Part shown: positions 41,337-53,798 of the stretch, one piece after another | Layout of the letters: each line of letters opens with the position of its first letter | How positions within the stretch are numbered: position 1 is the first letter of the stretch | DNA from: Octopus sinensis | Lineage: Eukaryota | NCBI RefSeq assembly: GCF_006345805.1 | Contig: NC_043010.1 | Coordinates: 3,162,001 to 3,226,000 of the forward strand | Direction of reading: 5' to 3' | Length of the DNA: 64,000 bases | Made by a program: the position numbers and the translations under genes | Notes under the pieces: generated by a model | What the model was told of the DNA's origin: nothing | What the model saw: only the letters and a program-made list of their open reading frames with translations | The model's database searches: none

Positions 41337-41753
41337 ATGTATGTATGCACACACAAATACACATACCAAGACACACACACACCCACCACACACAAACACC
41401 ATCGATATACATACATACATACATACATACATACATACATACATACATACATACATACGTACATAAATACATACATACTATACATACATACATACATACT
41501 TACATACATACCATACATACGTATATGTGTGTGGAAATATAAGAACATATCTGATGTCTGGACACCATAGAAAGCTTGATCCTCATGAAGTGTATCAAAT
41601 GAAGACCACCTACTATCAGCTATCCATCTCCATTTTTTAAAACAGAGTTACAGACCAGAACCCACAGCTGAAAGTGCTCAACAGGGAATCTAACTTGTTT
41701 TACAGATTTGCATGGATGAATGCTTATGATTATTCCATATACATAAATATATA

Positions 41754-41794
<41 letters not shown>

Positions 41795-41886
41795 TGTGTG
41801 TGTGTGCATGTGTGTGTGGGCGCCTGTGCATGTGTATGTGTGTATTCATATATATATATATATATTTAAATATATAAATATAACGT

Positions 41887-41927
<41 letters not shown>

Positions 41928-42515
41928 CACACACATATGTGTGTGTGTATATGTATATATATATATATATAGGCACAGGAGTCACTGTGTGGTAAGAAGT
42001 TTGCATGGCACCTTCTAATATAGACTCAAGCTTTGAGAGTAGATTTGGTAGGTAGAAACTGAAAGAAGTCTGTCGTATATGTGTGTGTGTGTGTATGTTT
42101 GTGATTTTGTGTTTGTCCCCACACCAGCAGTTGACAATTAACGCTGGTGTATTTACATCCCTGTAATTTAGCTGTCTGACAAAAGAGACCAATGGAATAA
42201 TTAGTGAGGTCGATTAGCTTGACTAAAGGTGGTGCTCTAGCATGACAACAGTCAAATGACTGACACAAATAAAAGAATAAAATGATATATATATATATAA
42301 ATCTTATGCAGACACTTACATACATACATACATACATATATATACATGTACGATCAAAATACGTAACAGGATTTCAAGTAGTAATGCAGTACGAACGTTT
42401 CAAGCAGCTCTATTTAATTGAACAATGCAATCATAACATCAATTTAAAAATCAGTGCTATCTTCAGCTGCACAAATATGGATTTTCGACAGACAAGATAT
42501 ATTGATATAATTTTT

Positions 42516-42556
<41 letters not shown>

Positions 42557-42801
42557 GGAAGCTTTATGAAAATAGACAAAAGACGAAGGCAGGTGGAAAA
42601 CAAACAAACAATTGTATTAGTATATATATATTATACATGTACATCGGAATCCAGAGACTACCACGAAATATATATATATATATATATATATTTTTTCTAG
42701 TTTCAGCTCAGAGCTGTGGCCATATATTACATATATATATATATATTTATTATCCAGATATATATATATATATAAATTATCCATATATATATATATATAT
42801 T

Positions 42802-42846
<45 letters not shown>

Positions 42847-42877
42847 TTATAGATAGATATATACACATATATATATA

Positions 42878-43630
42878 GTGCATGACCTGGGAATTTACAT
42901 GAGCAATGATGCATTTTTACAAGTGCATATTACCAATTTTGTAATAAAATGCAGATGGCTGGCTGGCTGGATCCTCCAAACTTTCATAACAAGAGGAAAA
43001 GAGACATTGATGATCCTTTGGAGGACATGCATTCTCAGCCGCTTAGGCTATCGCTTCCAAATTTGGTCACAACACAATAAAAAACCACAGCGGAACTTGA
43101 AGCAATCCACGAAGCTACACTAAGAAAATCATTTTGATGCAACATCTCAGCTACTGGGAAAAACTTAAAATTAAAATTCTTCTCCCTCGAATGAAGGCAG
43201 GAGAGGTATGCAGTGATATACATCAGGAAAATCCTAGAAGGCCTTGGAAGTTACTCAAACTGCAGATCGAGGTGCCTCTGCATACTGCCAAATATCCCAC
43301 TGCCATCAAAATTCAGGAAAAGATACTGCAACAGCATGGGATTCAAGGGCCCAAAGCTCTTTAATATCCTTCCAAAATGCCTGGGAGACCTGCATGGTAT
43401 GGATGTAAGTGTCTTTAAAACAAAACTGGATCTCTTCTTGATACGGGTTCCAGGTGAGCCTACTTCCCATCAGGAAACACAGATGAGGGCAGCAGCATCA
43501 AACTCCCTCATTGACCAAATGCCACATATCAGGGGAGGTTCCGAATAATGATGGAGCTCAGTCAACGGTGGTGCTCCAGCATGACCACAGCTTTGCTGCT
43601 GAAACATTTTAAAATAGTTAAAATAGTTAA
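42878..43630 (+). mobile_element. CR1/L2-group LINE 3' end (post-RT region plus tail)
   Basis: DLGIYMSND...GWILQTF...GPKLFNILPKCL...FKTKLDLFLIRVPGEP with frameshifts, then the tail ggtggtgctccagcatgaccacagc...gaaac. Confidence 0.85.
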
Positions 43631-43647
43631 TTATATATATATATAGG

Positions 43648-44370
43648 CTTGGCGGCAGGTATACATTGCCAAGAGTGAAGCGGAAAAGAGCTTCACCATT
43701 GTCCAGCGACACGATGACCAAAGAACTGAGGTATTTTGGATTGCAAGACAGTGTGTGAGAGAAAATTGTGATGTCACAAGAGAGAAATGTGTCTGAATCG
43801 ATGATGGTGCACTTACTTTTAATGATTCTGAAAAGAAAGGCTTGGAGAAGCCATTATGAAAGATTGCTGAATGTGGAGAATGAATGGGAGGAGGAGAGGC
43901 TGCCAAATGTTGACCCAGAAAAGGGACCAGCTATCCCGATAGACAGCTCCCTAGTAGATAAAGCGATTAGGGGTATGAAGCCAGGAAAAATCCCCAGCCC
44001 ATCAGGAATCACTGCTGAGATGCTTAAAACAGCTGGTTGTGTGGGCTATGGCCTAATCACCTGCATTTTAAATCAGGTAGTTCATGATGGAGTCATACCC
44101 AATGACTGACATAGCAGCACAATAGTCAACTGCTACAAAGGTAAAGGGGATGCACTAGATAGAAATAACTACAGGGGTATTAAACTGTTGGATCAGGTGA
44201 TGAAGATCACAGAGAGGGTCATAGCCCATCTCGTTAGGAAGAGAGTCTTCTTAGATGAGATGCAGTTTGGTTTTGTACCGTGTAGAAGCACCACTGATGC
44301 CATATTCCTGGTTTGACAACTGCAGAAGAAATACCTAGCTAAAGATAAACCCCTATATTTAGCTTTTGTA
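43648..44370 (+). mobile_element. RTE-clade LINE ORF2 fragment (N-terminal part of RT)
   Basis: AWRSHYERLLN...MKPGKIPSPSGITAEMLK...YKGKGDALDRNNYRGIKLL...QFGFVPCRSTTDAIF...LYLAFV, with stops. Confidence 0.9.
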
Positions 44371-44577
44371 TATATACATATATATACAATGAGCTTCGTT
44401 TCAATTTCCATCTACCAAATCCACTCACAAGACGTTGGTCGGCTCGAGGCTTTAGAAGACACTTGCCAAAAGCGCCATGCAATGGGACTGAACCTGGAAC
44501 CATGTGGTTAGTAAGCAAGCTACTTACCACAGAGCCACTCCTGTATTATATATTATATATATATATGTAAATATCAT

Positions 44578-44620
<43 letters not shown>

Positions 44621-47255
44621 AATATTATACACATATATATATATACATAAATACACACACAGATACACAAGCACACACATACATATATACATGTGTGTAT
44701 GTATATATATACATGTATATATATATATATACATATATATATATGTATATGTAAAAAAAATACAAACTGGAACAAGAACGCAAAACATTTAGAAGACGAT
44801 ACAAAAACACGGACGGGACATTCAAAGCCTTCAATCTTCAGTCAAGAACCGGATCATCCTCGCAATTTCGGCTGATATATAAACATATATATATATAGAG
44901 AGAGATATATACACATGTATACATGTAAATTTCTACATGTAGCTGTATGGATGTGCATATGTTTCACTGTTTATCCTCTGATACATACCTATACACATGC
45001 TTGTTTTATATATTTGTATTGTATTAATGCTAATTCTTCTAGACATTTTTATACAAATATATATATATACACACACACACATATATATACACTCCTGTAA
45101 GTATATATATATATGTGCTAATATATGATTTATATTATGTGTGTGTATGCATACACACTTGTCTTCCCAACTTTCAAACATTTATCTCAAATTTCTGTAT
45201 TTTAGCACCATTGTTAGAAATCATCTTCATCATTATCATCATTATTACCATCATCATAATTCTTGTCATCATTCTCAACATCAATGTTGTCGTAATGATC
45301 ATCAGCATCATCATCATCTTCACCGTCATCATTATTCATCGTCAACATTGTCATAGTCATCATCAACATTACCACTACCACCACCACCACCACCATCATC
45401 ATCATCATTAATGTTGTTTTGAAACTTGAAGGAACATGTGGCCTGAGTCTCTTAACATTTAACAAATATAAAAAGAAAAATAAACAAAAGCAAAAAAAAA
45501 TCGAAAAAAAATAAATAAAAAAATAAATCAATAACCACAGAATGATATCAATAACGAATCGATAGGAGAAGTGCTCTCATCGGAGAGATATTCCCAAGCT
45601 ATGGGAGAGTGGGGGTTAGGATATGTCACAGGGGGAATCTCTCTAATTGAGAACTATTTTTAACAGTTCTCCTAAGATACATTTCTCCTTTGGTTCAGAC
45701 ATCAGTGGTTGCAGTGATAGTTACTAATGTTTAAGGGAGATAACTAAAATCTCTTGAGAGCATCTGTTCTTTTATATGTCTGTCTGTCTATGTGCGTATA
45801 TATTTATGTGTATGAGTGTATATGCGCATGCATACATGCATGTGTGTGTATGTGTGTGTGAGATAGAGAAAGAGAGAGAAAGGGTTCAGGTACAAATTAT
45901 ATATATATATATGTAACATGAGTGTCTATGTGTATATATGTGTATATATATATATATATATACACAATATATATTCATATATGTATGAAGGTATATATAA
46001 CATATATAAACCATATATTTATACATATATATGCACACACACACGCATACACACATATATATTACATATATGTATATCTATACGTATATATATCATATAT
46101 ATTTACATACACACATACATACACATGCACATATATTCATATATAGCGTCTCTGTGTGTATGTGTGTGTGTATATATATATATATATATAATCACAATTT
46201 TGTATGCATACACGCCACATATATCTGTATGTATTTGAGTGCGCATTTATTACCTGTGAATATATATGAATGTGTATGTGTTTCTCTGTGTGTGTGTGTG
46301 GTGTGTGTGTGTGTGTGTGTGTATGTGTGTGTTTTGTGTTTGTATTTGCAGTAGTGTTGTGAAATAATATTGTATGTGCATTCATATATACATTGTGTGT
46401 GTGTGTGTATGATAGAGGAATGAGTGCCTATGTGTGTGTGTGTGTGTTTGGAGCAGAAAATTGGAAATCCAAGTGAATTTCACTTAGAAAATGGATTGTT
46501 AAAGATGAATTTATAATCTCAATTCCTCACTCAATAGCAGGAAGTAAGACATGGAGGGGGGTCGACATTTGCCTCAAGGGCAAAAGATTCTTTAACATGC
46601 GACAATAAAGAAGACAAAGGGTCATGCGATAGTAAATCTCTTTTTGATTTCATTTCATACTTCTGAAGTTGTTGTTGTTATTGTTATTATTGTTGATGTT
46701 GAAGTTGTATCGGTGTTGATGTGGTAACTGCTGTTGTTGTTATTATTGTTTTGTTGTTGTAGTTGTTGTTATTGTTCTTGTCCTTACTCATGCTATTGCT
46801 GTTCTTGTCATTGCTGTTGTTATTGTTGTTGTTGTTGTCATCGTTATTGTTGTTGTTATTGCTGTAGTATTACTGTTGATACTGTTTCTCCTCTTACTGT
46901 TATCGCTGTTGTTATTGATGTTGTTATTGTTGTTGTTCCCTACCGTTATCATCTTGTTAGTTTTGTTGTTGTTGGAGCTGTGGTTGTTGTTAATGTTGTT
47001 ACTGTTATTCTTTTACTCTTTTACTCTCTTTTATTTGTTTCAGTTATTTGACTGCGGCCATGCTGGAGCACCACCTTCAGTCGTGCAAATCGACCCCAAG
47101 ACTTATTCTTTGTAAGCCTAGTACTTATTCTATCGGTCTGTTTTGTCGAACCGTTAAGTTACGGGGACGTAAACACACCAGCATCGGTTGAGGTGACAAA
47201 CACAGACACACAAACACAAACTCCCACACACACACATATATATATACATATATAT

Positions 47256-47461
47256 AATGTGACATCATGTGTACCGTTGGCGATTTTTTTCCTCCGTCTT
47301 CCCTTCATTGGATCTTTCCTTTTCCTATGTTTCTGACGAAGAGCTCCGCTCGAAACATAAAACCCTCCTTCTTCCCTTTCTTCCTGAGCATCCAATAATA
47401 CTATATTTGTTCCACGTCCTCGCGTTGTTGTGTTTTTTTGTGTTTTCTTGTTTGGATTAAC
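47256..47461 (+). mobile_element. Short Penelope-like (pLTR-derived) element inserted in the (TA)n core of a SINE
   Basis: About 205 bp of CpG-containing sequence with TA repeats on both sides, containing the hammerhead motif. It interrupts SINE 47009-47654. Confidence 0.6.
47329..47363 (+). ncRNA. Minimal type I hammerhead ribozyme motif (Penelope-like element type)
   Basis: GTTT-CTGACGA-A-GAGC tcc GCTC-GAAA-C-ATA-AAAC: stem I GTTT/AAAC, core CUGANGA and GAAA, stem II GAGC/GCTC, NUH = AUA. Stem III is vestigial (CATA probably from CGTA by CpG decay). Confidence 0.7.
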
Positions 47462-47879
47462 TATATATATATATATACATATACATATATACGATGGGCT
47501 TCTTTCAGTTTCCGTCTACCAAATCCACTCACAAGGCTTTGGTCGGCCCGAGGCTATAGTAGAAGACACTTGCCCAAGGTGCCACGCAGTAGGACTGTAC
47601 CCGGAATCATGTGGTTGGTAAGCAAGCTACTTACCACACAGCCACTCCTGCGCCTGTTGTTATACTTATTGTTGTTGTCATTACTGCTAACAACCTATCG
47701 TTATTGTAGTTACTGTTGTTATTCTTATTCTTGTGATCATTATTGCTTTTGTCTTTATGCTTTTTTATTGTGGTTAATGTTGCTGTTAAGCCCCAGGTCA
47801 CCGTCTGCTCACATATAAGTAATACTACATTCCCCATGTTCTCTCATTATTACACATGTCATTATTTCTAGCAAGTTAA

Positions 47880-48545
47880 CGGCGGTGACCTGGTAGAATT
47901 CTTAGCACACTGGGCAAAATGCTTAGCAGTATTTCGCCTGTCCTTATGATCTGAGTTCAAATTCTGCCACGGTCGATTTTGCCTTTCATCCTTTTGGAGT
48001 TGATAAATTAAGTACCAGTCAAGTTCTAGGGTCTATGTGATTGATTATACCCCTCCCCACAAATTCCAAGCCTTCTGCCTATAACAGAAAGGATTATTAT
48101 GCATGGCATTATTTCTAGTAAATTAAAGGTGGTGAGCTGGCAGAATCGTTAGCATGCTGAGCAATATCTTGTCTGTCTTTATGTTCTGAGTTCAAATTCC
48201 ACTGAAGTCGACTTTGCCTTTCACTTTTTCAGAGTCAATAAAATAAGTAACAGTTGAATACTGGGGTTGATTGAATTAATTTACCCACACCCAAATTACT
48301 GGCCTTGTACCAAAATTTGAAAACATTATTTCTAGCAAGTTAAGGCAGTGAGCCAGCAGAATCATTAGCATGCCAGACAAAATGCTGCCAAGCATTACAT
48401 TCTGAGTTCAAATTCCACTGAGGTCAACTTTCTCTTTCATCTTTTCGGGTTGATGGAATAAGTATAAGTTGAGCACTGGGGTTGATATAATTGACTAGAC
48501 CCCCGGCCCCAAAATTTCAGGTCTTGTACCTATTGTAGAAAAGAT
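47880..48545 (+). repeat. Three tandem copies of the ~210-bp SINE
   Basis: Same unit as 18640-20220, each preceded by cattatttctag(c/t)aa(g/a)ttaa. Confidence 0.9.
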
Positions 48546-50202
48546 CAATGACCATTTAGAAACAGCCTTGTTCGTTCACTATTGGTGTTGTTGTTATTGT
48601 TGTTGTTGTTGTTGTTGTTGCAGGTAGCATTATCATTGTCATTGATTTTGTTGTTTTAAAAATATATCACATTTAACCAAATCCTATAATCAACTTTCTA
48701 ATCCAATGGCAACAACAACAGCAATAACAGCAGCAACAACAACAGCCACATGAACAAAAGCAACAACAACAACAACAACAACAATAATGATGATGAAGAC
48801 GAGACAAGAATGGCAACATAAACAAGAACAACATCTAAGGACAGGAAAAATAATAAGATCGGTTTTATATCTGCGGGTTTTCTTCAGCGAATTGTTTTGC
48901 CAATTTGATCAATTTTTAATCAGAATTACATTTCAGAATTTCTAATGAAAGTATCTATTACTATAATATTCAATTATAAAAGAGATCACAGATGGAAAAC
49001 AAGAATTAAGAAATAGCTGGATATTTATTAGCTACTTTCCCAATAAGAGGAATGCTGTGTGTATGTATGTATGTGTGCTTTCTGTATTATATCTCCTCTG
49101 TGTGTTTGTATGTGTGTATGTGTGTGTGTGATCTGAATATCTTCCGAGTGTAAGCTGTCTGTTCTGTCTGTGCATATATATGCGTGTATAGTAGAGGGGT
49201 GTGATTGCAAGTTTCTCCCTCTCTGAAATGTAATTTAATGATAAACTGTCCTGTAAAGATATGCCGCAAAGGCTAGTATACACTTCATGGCACAAAATTA
49301 GATATTAAAAGGAAAAATAAAGCAGTGATGGTCGAAGTTGGAGGCAAAGAGAAGGATTAAGTAGAAGAAAACCAAGAATGAAATGGCATATATCATGTTT
49401 AACAAAGTGAAACACAATTCTTTCCATTGAGAGAGATATAAGTTTGCTATTCACATCTTGAAATTTTATTAGATATTTGCAGGCAAACCTAATTTATAAG
49501 CTTTTGCTTTCAAGCCATGTAATTCTGGTTTCAAATTAAATATCATAATTGGAGGACTGAAACCAATTTTAGAATCAACTTATATTTATTAGTGTGTTTT
49601 GACTGCTGAAGATTTTATCTTTGCTTCTTCTTTCATTTTCTCTCTCTCCTCCCTCCCTCCATTTCTCTCTCTCTCTCTCTATCTTTCTTTTTCTCTCTTT
49701 CTCTATCTCTGTCTTTCTTTTAGTGTGTGTATGTATGTGTGTGTGTGTGTATGTGTGTTTGTGTATGTCTGTGTGCAATAATAATAGCACTAGGCATCAG
49801 TGTCCATTGAATGTCCAAAGTCTATAACTGTCTACTTTTGCTATCTTTTGACTATTCATGGATGTTTCAGAAACAGAAACTAAAATTTAAACCAAATGAC
49901 ATAATTTGAATATAGTTTTAAATAATTAAATAAATAAATAAATAATAAAAGAAAAAGGATTAAAAAAGGAATAACAAAAATAGAAACAATTATACAAAAA
50001 AAAATCATGTTGAATTTAAAATTACCAAGACATTTTTAGTTTGTTTTATTTGTTTATTTCATTTGCTTTTAGTTCATAACTCACCATGGCAGCATCCGCA
50101 TGATCAGTCTTCCTGATAGAAATAGCAAGGAAATCTTCCTCAAATTGCTATACTTTATTTTCTTCGTAACGATGGAATATATTGAGTAGTATACTCTTAG
50201 TT

Positions 50203-50540
50203 GTGAAGGTGCACGGCTCAGTGGTTAGAGCGTCGAGCTTACAATCATGAGGTTGTGAGCTCAAATCCTGGACCGGGTTGTGTGTTGTGTTCTTGAGCAA
50301 GACACTTTATTCCACGTTGCTCCAGTTCCCTCAGCTGTAGAAATGAGTTGCACCATCAAAGGTGCCAAACTGTATCACCCTTTGCCTTTCTCTTGGATAA
50401 CATTGGTGGCATGGAGAGGGGAGGCTGGTATGCATGGGTGACTGCTGGTCTTCCATAAACAGCTTTGCCCAGACTTGTGCCTAGGAGAGTAATCTTCTAG
50501 GTGCAATCCCTTGGTCTGTGTCATGACCGAAGGGGGTCTC
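50203..50540 (+). mobile_element. tRNA-derived SINE with CORE/Meta-like central block
   Basis: ggctcagtggttagagc...gagctcaaatcc head, then ttcttgagcaagacactt...cagctgtagaaatg. Related copy on the minus strand at 55585-55839. Confidence 0.8.
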
Positions 50541-52011
50541 AGAATAGTCTTACACAATGCTCTTAAGTGAAGGATAGGACAGTCTTGACTTGAATGGCTT
50601 TGAACATAGGTCTGTTTGATCAAGTCTCACCTTAGGCTAAACAACAATAGCACTGCCAACAATAACAACAGGCTCAATCTATGGAAGAGCCTCTTTGGGA
50701 GCTGCTAGCTTGTGAGAAATAGTAGCCAAATTTCTCTGAAGTCACATTTTGCTTACTAAAAATATAAATGACATACAAAAGTGTATTCCTGGATATTTTA
50801 TATCTTACAAAAAAGAAAAGGAAAAGAAAAAATGGACAAGACAGTTATGGCTAGAATACCATTACTTGTAAGTCTGCTTCATCATGGTTTCTTTTATTCT
50901 TGTTGATTCCACAGAGTGGTGTTGAGAGGTGAAAAAGCACCTTTCTTGGCCCCTTCAAAGTAACTGATAATGCAAGAGAAAGGGAGAGAGACCTAGGAGA
51001 AATAAACTCTTATAGTACATGATTGGTAAGCAAGGTACTTGATTTGATATTTTACCAATTCACAGCCTTGATCACAGAGCTGACCTGGTCGTTACATAAC
51101 ATCATTAACGACAACAACAACAACAACTAGCACCATCACTGTTTGCTGAATAAAGTTGTCTTTGCTGCATTGCTAACACAAGATAAGGGAAAGCACAAAA
51201 TGACAAGCTAACATAACATCGAAATCATCATCATCATCATCATCATCATCACAATCATCATCATCTTTTGTTTTGAAATCCCAAATGTTTGCATGAGTCA
51301 GTAGAAATTCATTGAGGCAGATTTTCTATGACTAGATGCTCTTCCTGTCGCCAACACTTACTTGATTTCAAGCAATGGCTCTGCTAGTATGACAGCAGCA
51401 TGTTTACAGTTAGCATGCAATGCCAAGATAAGGGGACATAAACACATGCACACATACATACGTACACTCACACACACACATGCACACGCACACACACTCA
51501 CACACACACACGCACACACACACATGTACACTGACATGCCCGTGCACAACAAGCTTCTTTCAGTTTCTTATTTCTTTATTGCTCACAAAGGGCTAAACAC
51601 AGAGGGACAAACAAGGACAGACAAATGGATTAAGTCGATTATATCGACCCTAGTGCATAACTGGTACTTAATTTATGAAAGGTAAAGTTGACCTCGGTGG
51701 AATTTGAACTCAGAATGCAGTGGTAGACGAAATACCACAAAGCATTTCGCCTGGTGTGCTAATGTTTCTGCCAGCTCGCCGCCTTAGCTTCTTTCAGTTT
51801 CTGTCTAGCAAATCCACTCACAAGGTTTTGGACGAACCTAGACTATAGTAGAAGTCACTTCCCAAAATGCCACTTAGTAGGACCAAATCCAAACCACATT
51901 GTTATGAAGGGAAATTCTTAAGCCACACATCCATGTCTGCATCAACATATATTTCAGAAAATAAAAACAAATATAAACAAATCAGAATATAGAAATACGA
52001 AATTAACTTAC

Positions 52012-52087
52012 TTGAATCCCATAAATTCTTTGCAATATTGACAAAGATAGAGAGAAGACACTTGGCTAGAATGGCTTCATCAATTGT
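52012..52087 (-). other. Candidate small non-coding (5'UTR/leader) exon
   Basis: Acceptor tttacttctcttgctgcAG| and donor TCAA|GTAAGT bracket 76 nt of unique sequence. Confidence 0.35.
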
Positions 52088-52481
52088 CTGCAGCAAGAGA
52101 AGTAAATGGCAGACTTTTTCTACATCCATTTGAAGTTTGATGCTGAATCTAATCTTTCCAAAACTTGAAAATTTTGCAAATATTTTTGGAAAATTTCAAG
52201 AAATGTTTTTCTTTTCTTTTCTCTTTTTTCCAAGGAAAAACCAGAATTGCATATTTTAACTAGAATCCATACGCTTTTTAATGTTTCTGTTTGTTATGGA
52301 TATGCTAACATAGATGACAAATATAAAATACATTTTTATACGTTTCTAATTGAAAAATATTGATCTCAAATATCTCATTCCAATTTAAATAACCCTCTGT
52401 AAATTAAAAATGGGAAAAAAAGTCACACACACACATACACACACACATATATATTTGTATGTATATATATATATGTATACA

Positions 52482-52530
<49 letters not shown>

Positions 52531-52643
52531 TGCATGCATGTAAGCATGTATATATTTAATGACAAATATATCAAATATATAGTTTGTATGGAGGTGGTAA
52601 AGAGGAAAGAAGGAAGAGGAGAAAAGAAAAATATTTAAATGAA

Positions 52644-52676
<33 letters not shown>

Positions 52677-52762
52677 TTGATAAGAAATTAGAATTTAGTG
52701 AAATTAGGAACAGAATCAATTTTGAAAATGATTGAAAATGCCCAAAACCTAAATAATATTAC

Positions 52763-52887
<125 letters not shown>

Positions 52888-53414
52888 ACTGATAATAATT
52901 TTTTTATTAACCACAGCAATAGAATTATGACAATTATGATGATGAAGAGGATGAATGATAACGACTATGATGATGATGATGATGATGATGATAATGGTGG
53001 TGTTGATGATGATGATGATGGTGTTGATGATGATGGCAACAATGTTGATGATGATGATGATGACAATGATGATATGAAATAAATAATTAATGAATAATTA
53101 TATGAATCTTATAGCCTGTGGAAATTTCCATCTTTTCCTGGCACTTAATTAATGAGTTAAGAGTTTAATATTGTGAAGTTTTGAGATATTAATATGAAAA
53201 GTCAGGAAAAAAAATCCTTTCACTCTAATTGCATATGTGTAACTGGAACAGATTATATCCATACAAGAAGTCTGCAATGCATTTCTTTAAAGTCAGCAGG
53301 AAGTTATCTTCATACCTTATGCTTCGCTATGTCAAAATACATTAGAAATATTGGTTTTTAACGCTATAATTCTTGTGGTTATTAGGTCTTAAAATGTTAT
53401 ATAGCATAATATCA

Positions 53415-53420
53415 TTTATT
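53415..53420 (-). terminator. Candidate polyadenylation signal for the 53.5-kb terminal exon
   Basis: AATAAA on the minus strand about 115 nt after the TGA. The AT-rich context makes chance occurrence possible. Confidence 0.4.
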
Positions 53421-53535
53421 ATGTGTAGCAGCTGATTAATGGTGCTAGCTAATAAAAGTCCTAGCTGTTATAAAACTAACATTCATTTAGATTTGTGTTT
53501 GCGGGTAGGAAAAGCGTTCAAACAAAACTGGTTAT

Positions 53536-53798
53536 TCACGAAAATGGTACTTTCGGTAAAGGCTTATTGTATGCTGTGAAACTATTCCGCATTGGTAAAT
53601 TCCAGGTTGGAGGCATGTTAGCATTATCCACTTGAGTTGTTTTTAGATTTATAACATTATTGGTCTGACTAAACTGTTTAGGACTTGTTTGGTAAGAAGA
53701 ACTAATGGCAAGATTGCTATTTCTAGGTCTGCTAAGAACTTGAGGTAAGGTTTTTCTGTCTGCATCTGGAGTCAGTTTAAGTTGGACACCTTTGACAC
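53536..53798 (-). CDS. Probable terminal coding exon (cytoplasmic tail) of an upstream protocadherin whose ectodomain exon lies outside the window
   Basis: Strong acceptor tttcctttttatttttacAG|GT (AG at 53800-53799, phase 1). Open frame VKGVQLKLTPDADRKTLPQVLSRPRNSN...PPTWNLPMRNSFTAYNKPLPKVPFS* in non-repetitive sequence, with AATAAA at 53420-53415. The WNLPxxNSF..KPLP ending resembles octopus protocadherin C-termini as I recall them (not verified by search). The first 17 aa of the listed ORF are intronic polypyrimidine tract. Confidence 0.75.

Larger units (their letters stand above)
47009..47654 (-). mobile_element. Same microsatellite-containing SINE, interrupted by the hammerhead element
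   Basis: Full head and tail match 12554-12958. Confidence 0.9.

Noticed and set aside
44825-44876. Minus-strand CAGCC-GAAA...CTGAAGA..GGCT as a permuted hammerhead
   Set aside because: Stems I and III cannot be formed convincingly.
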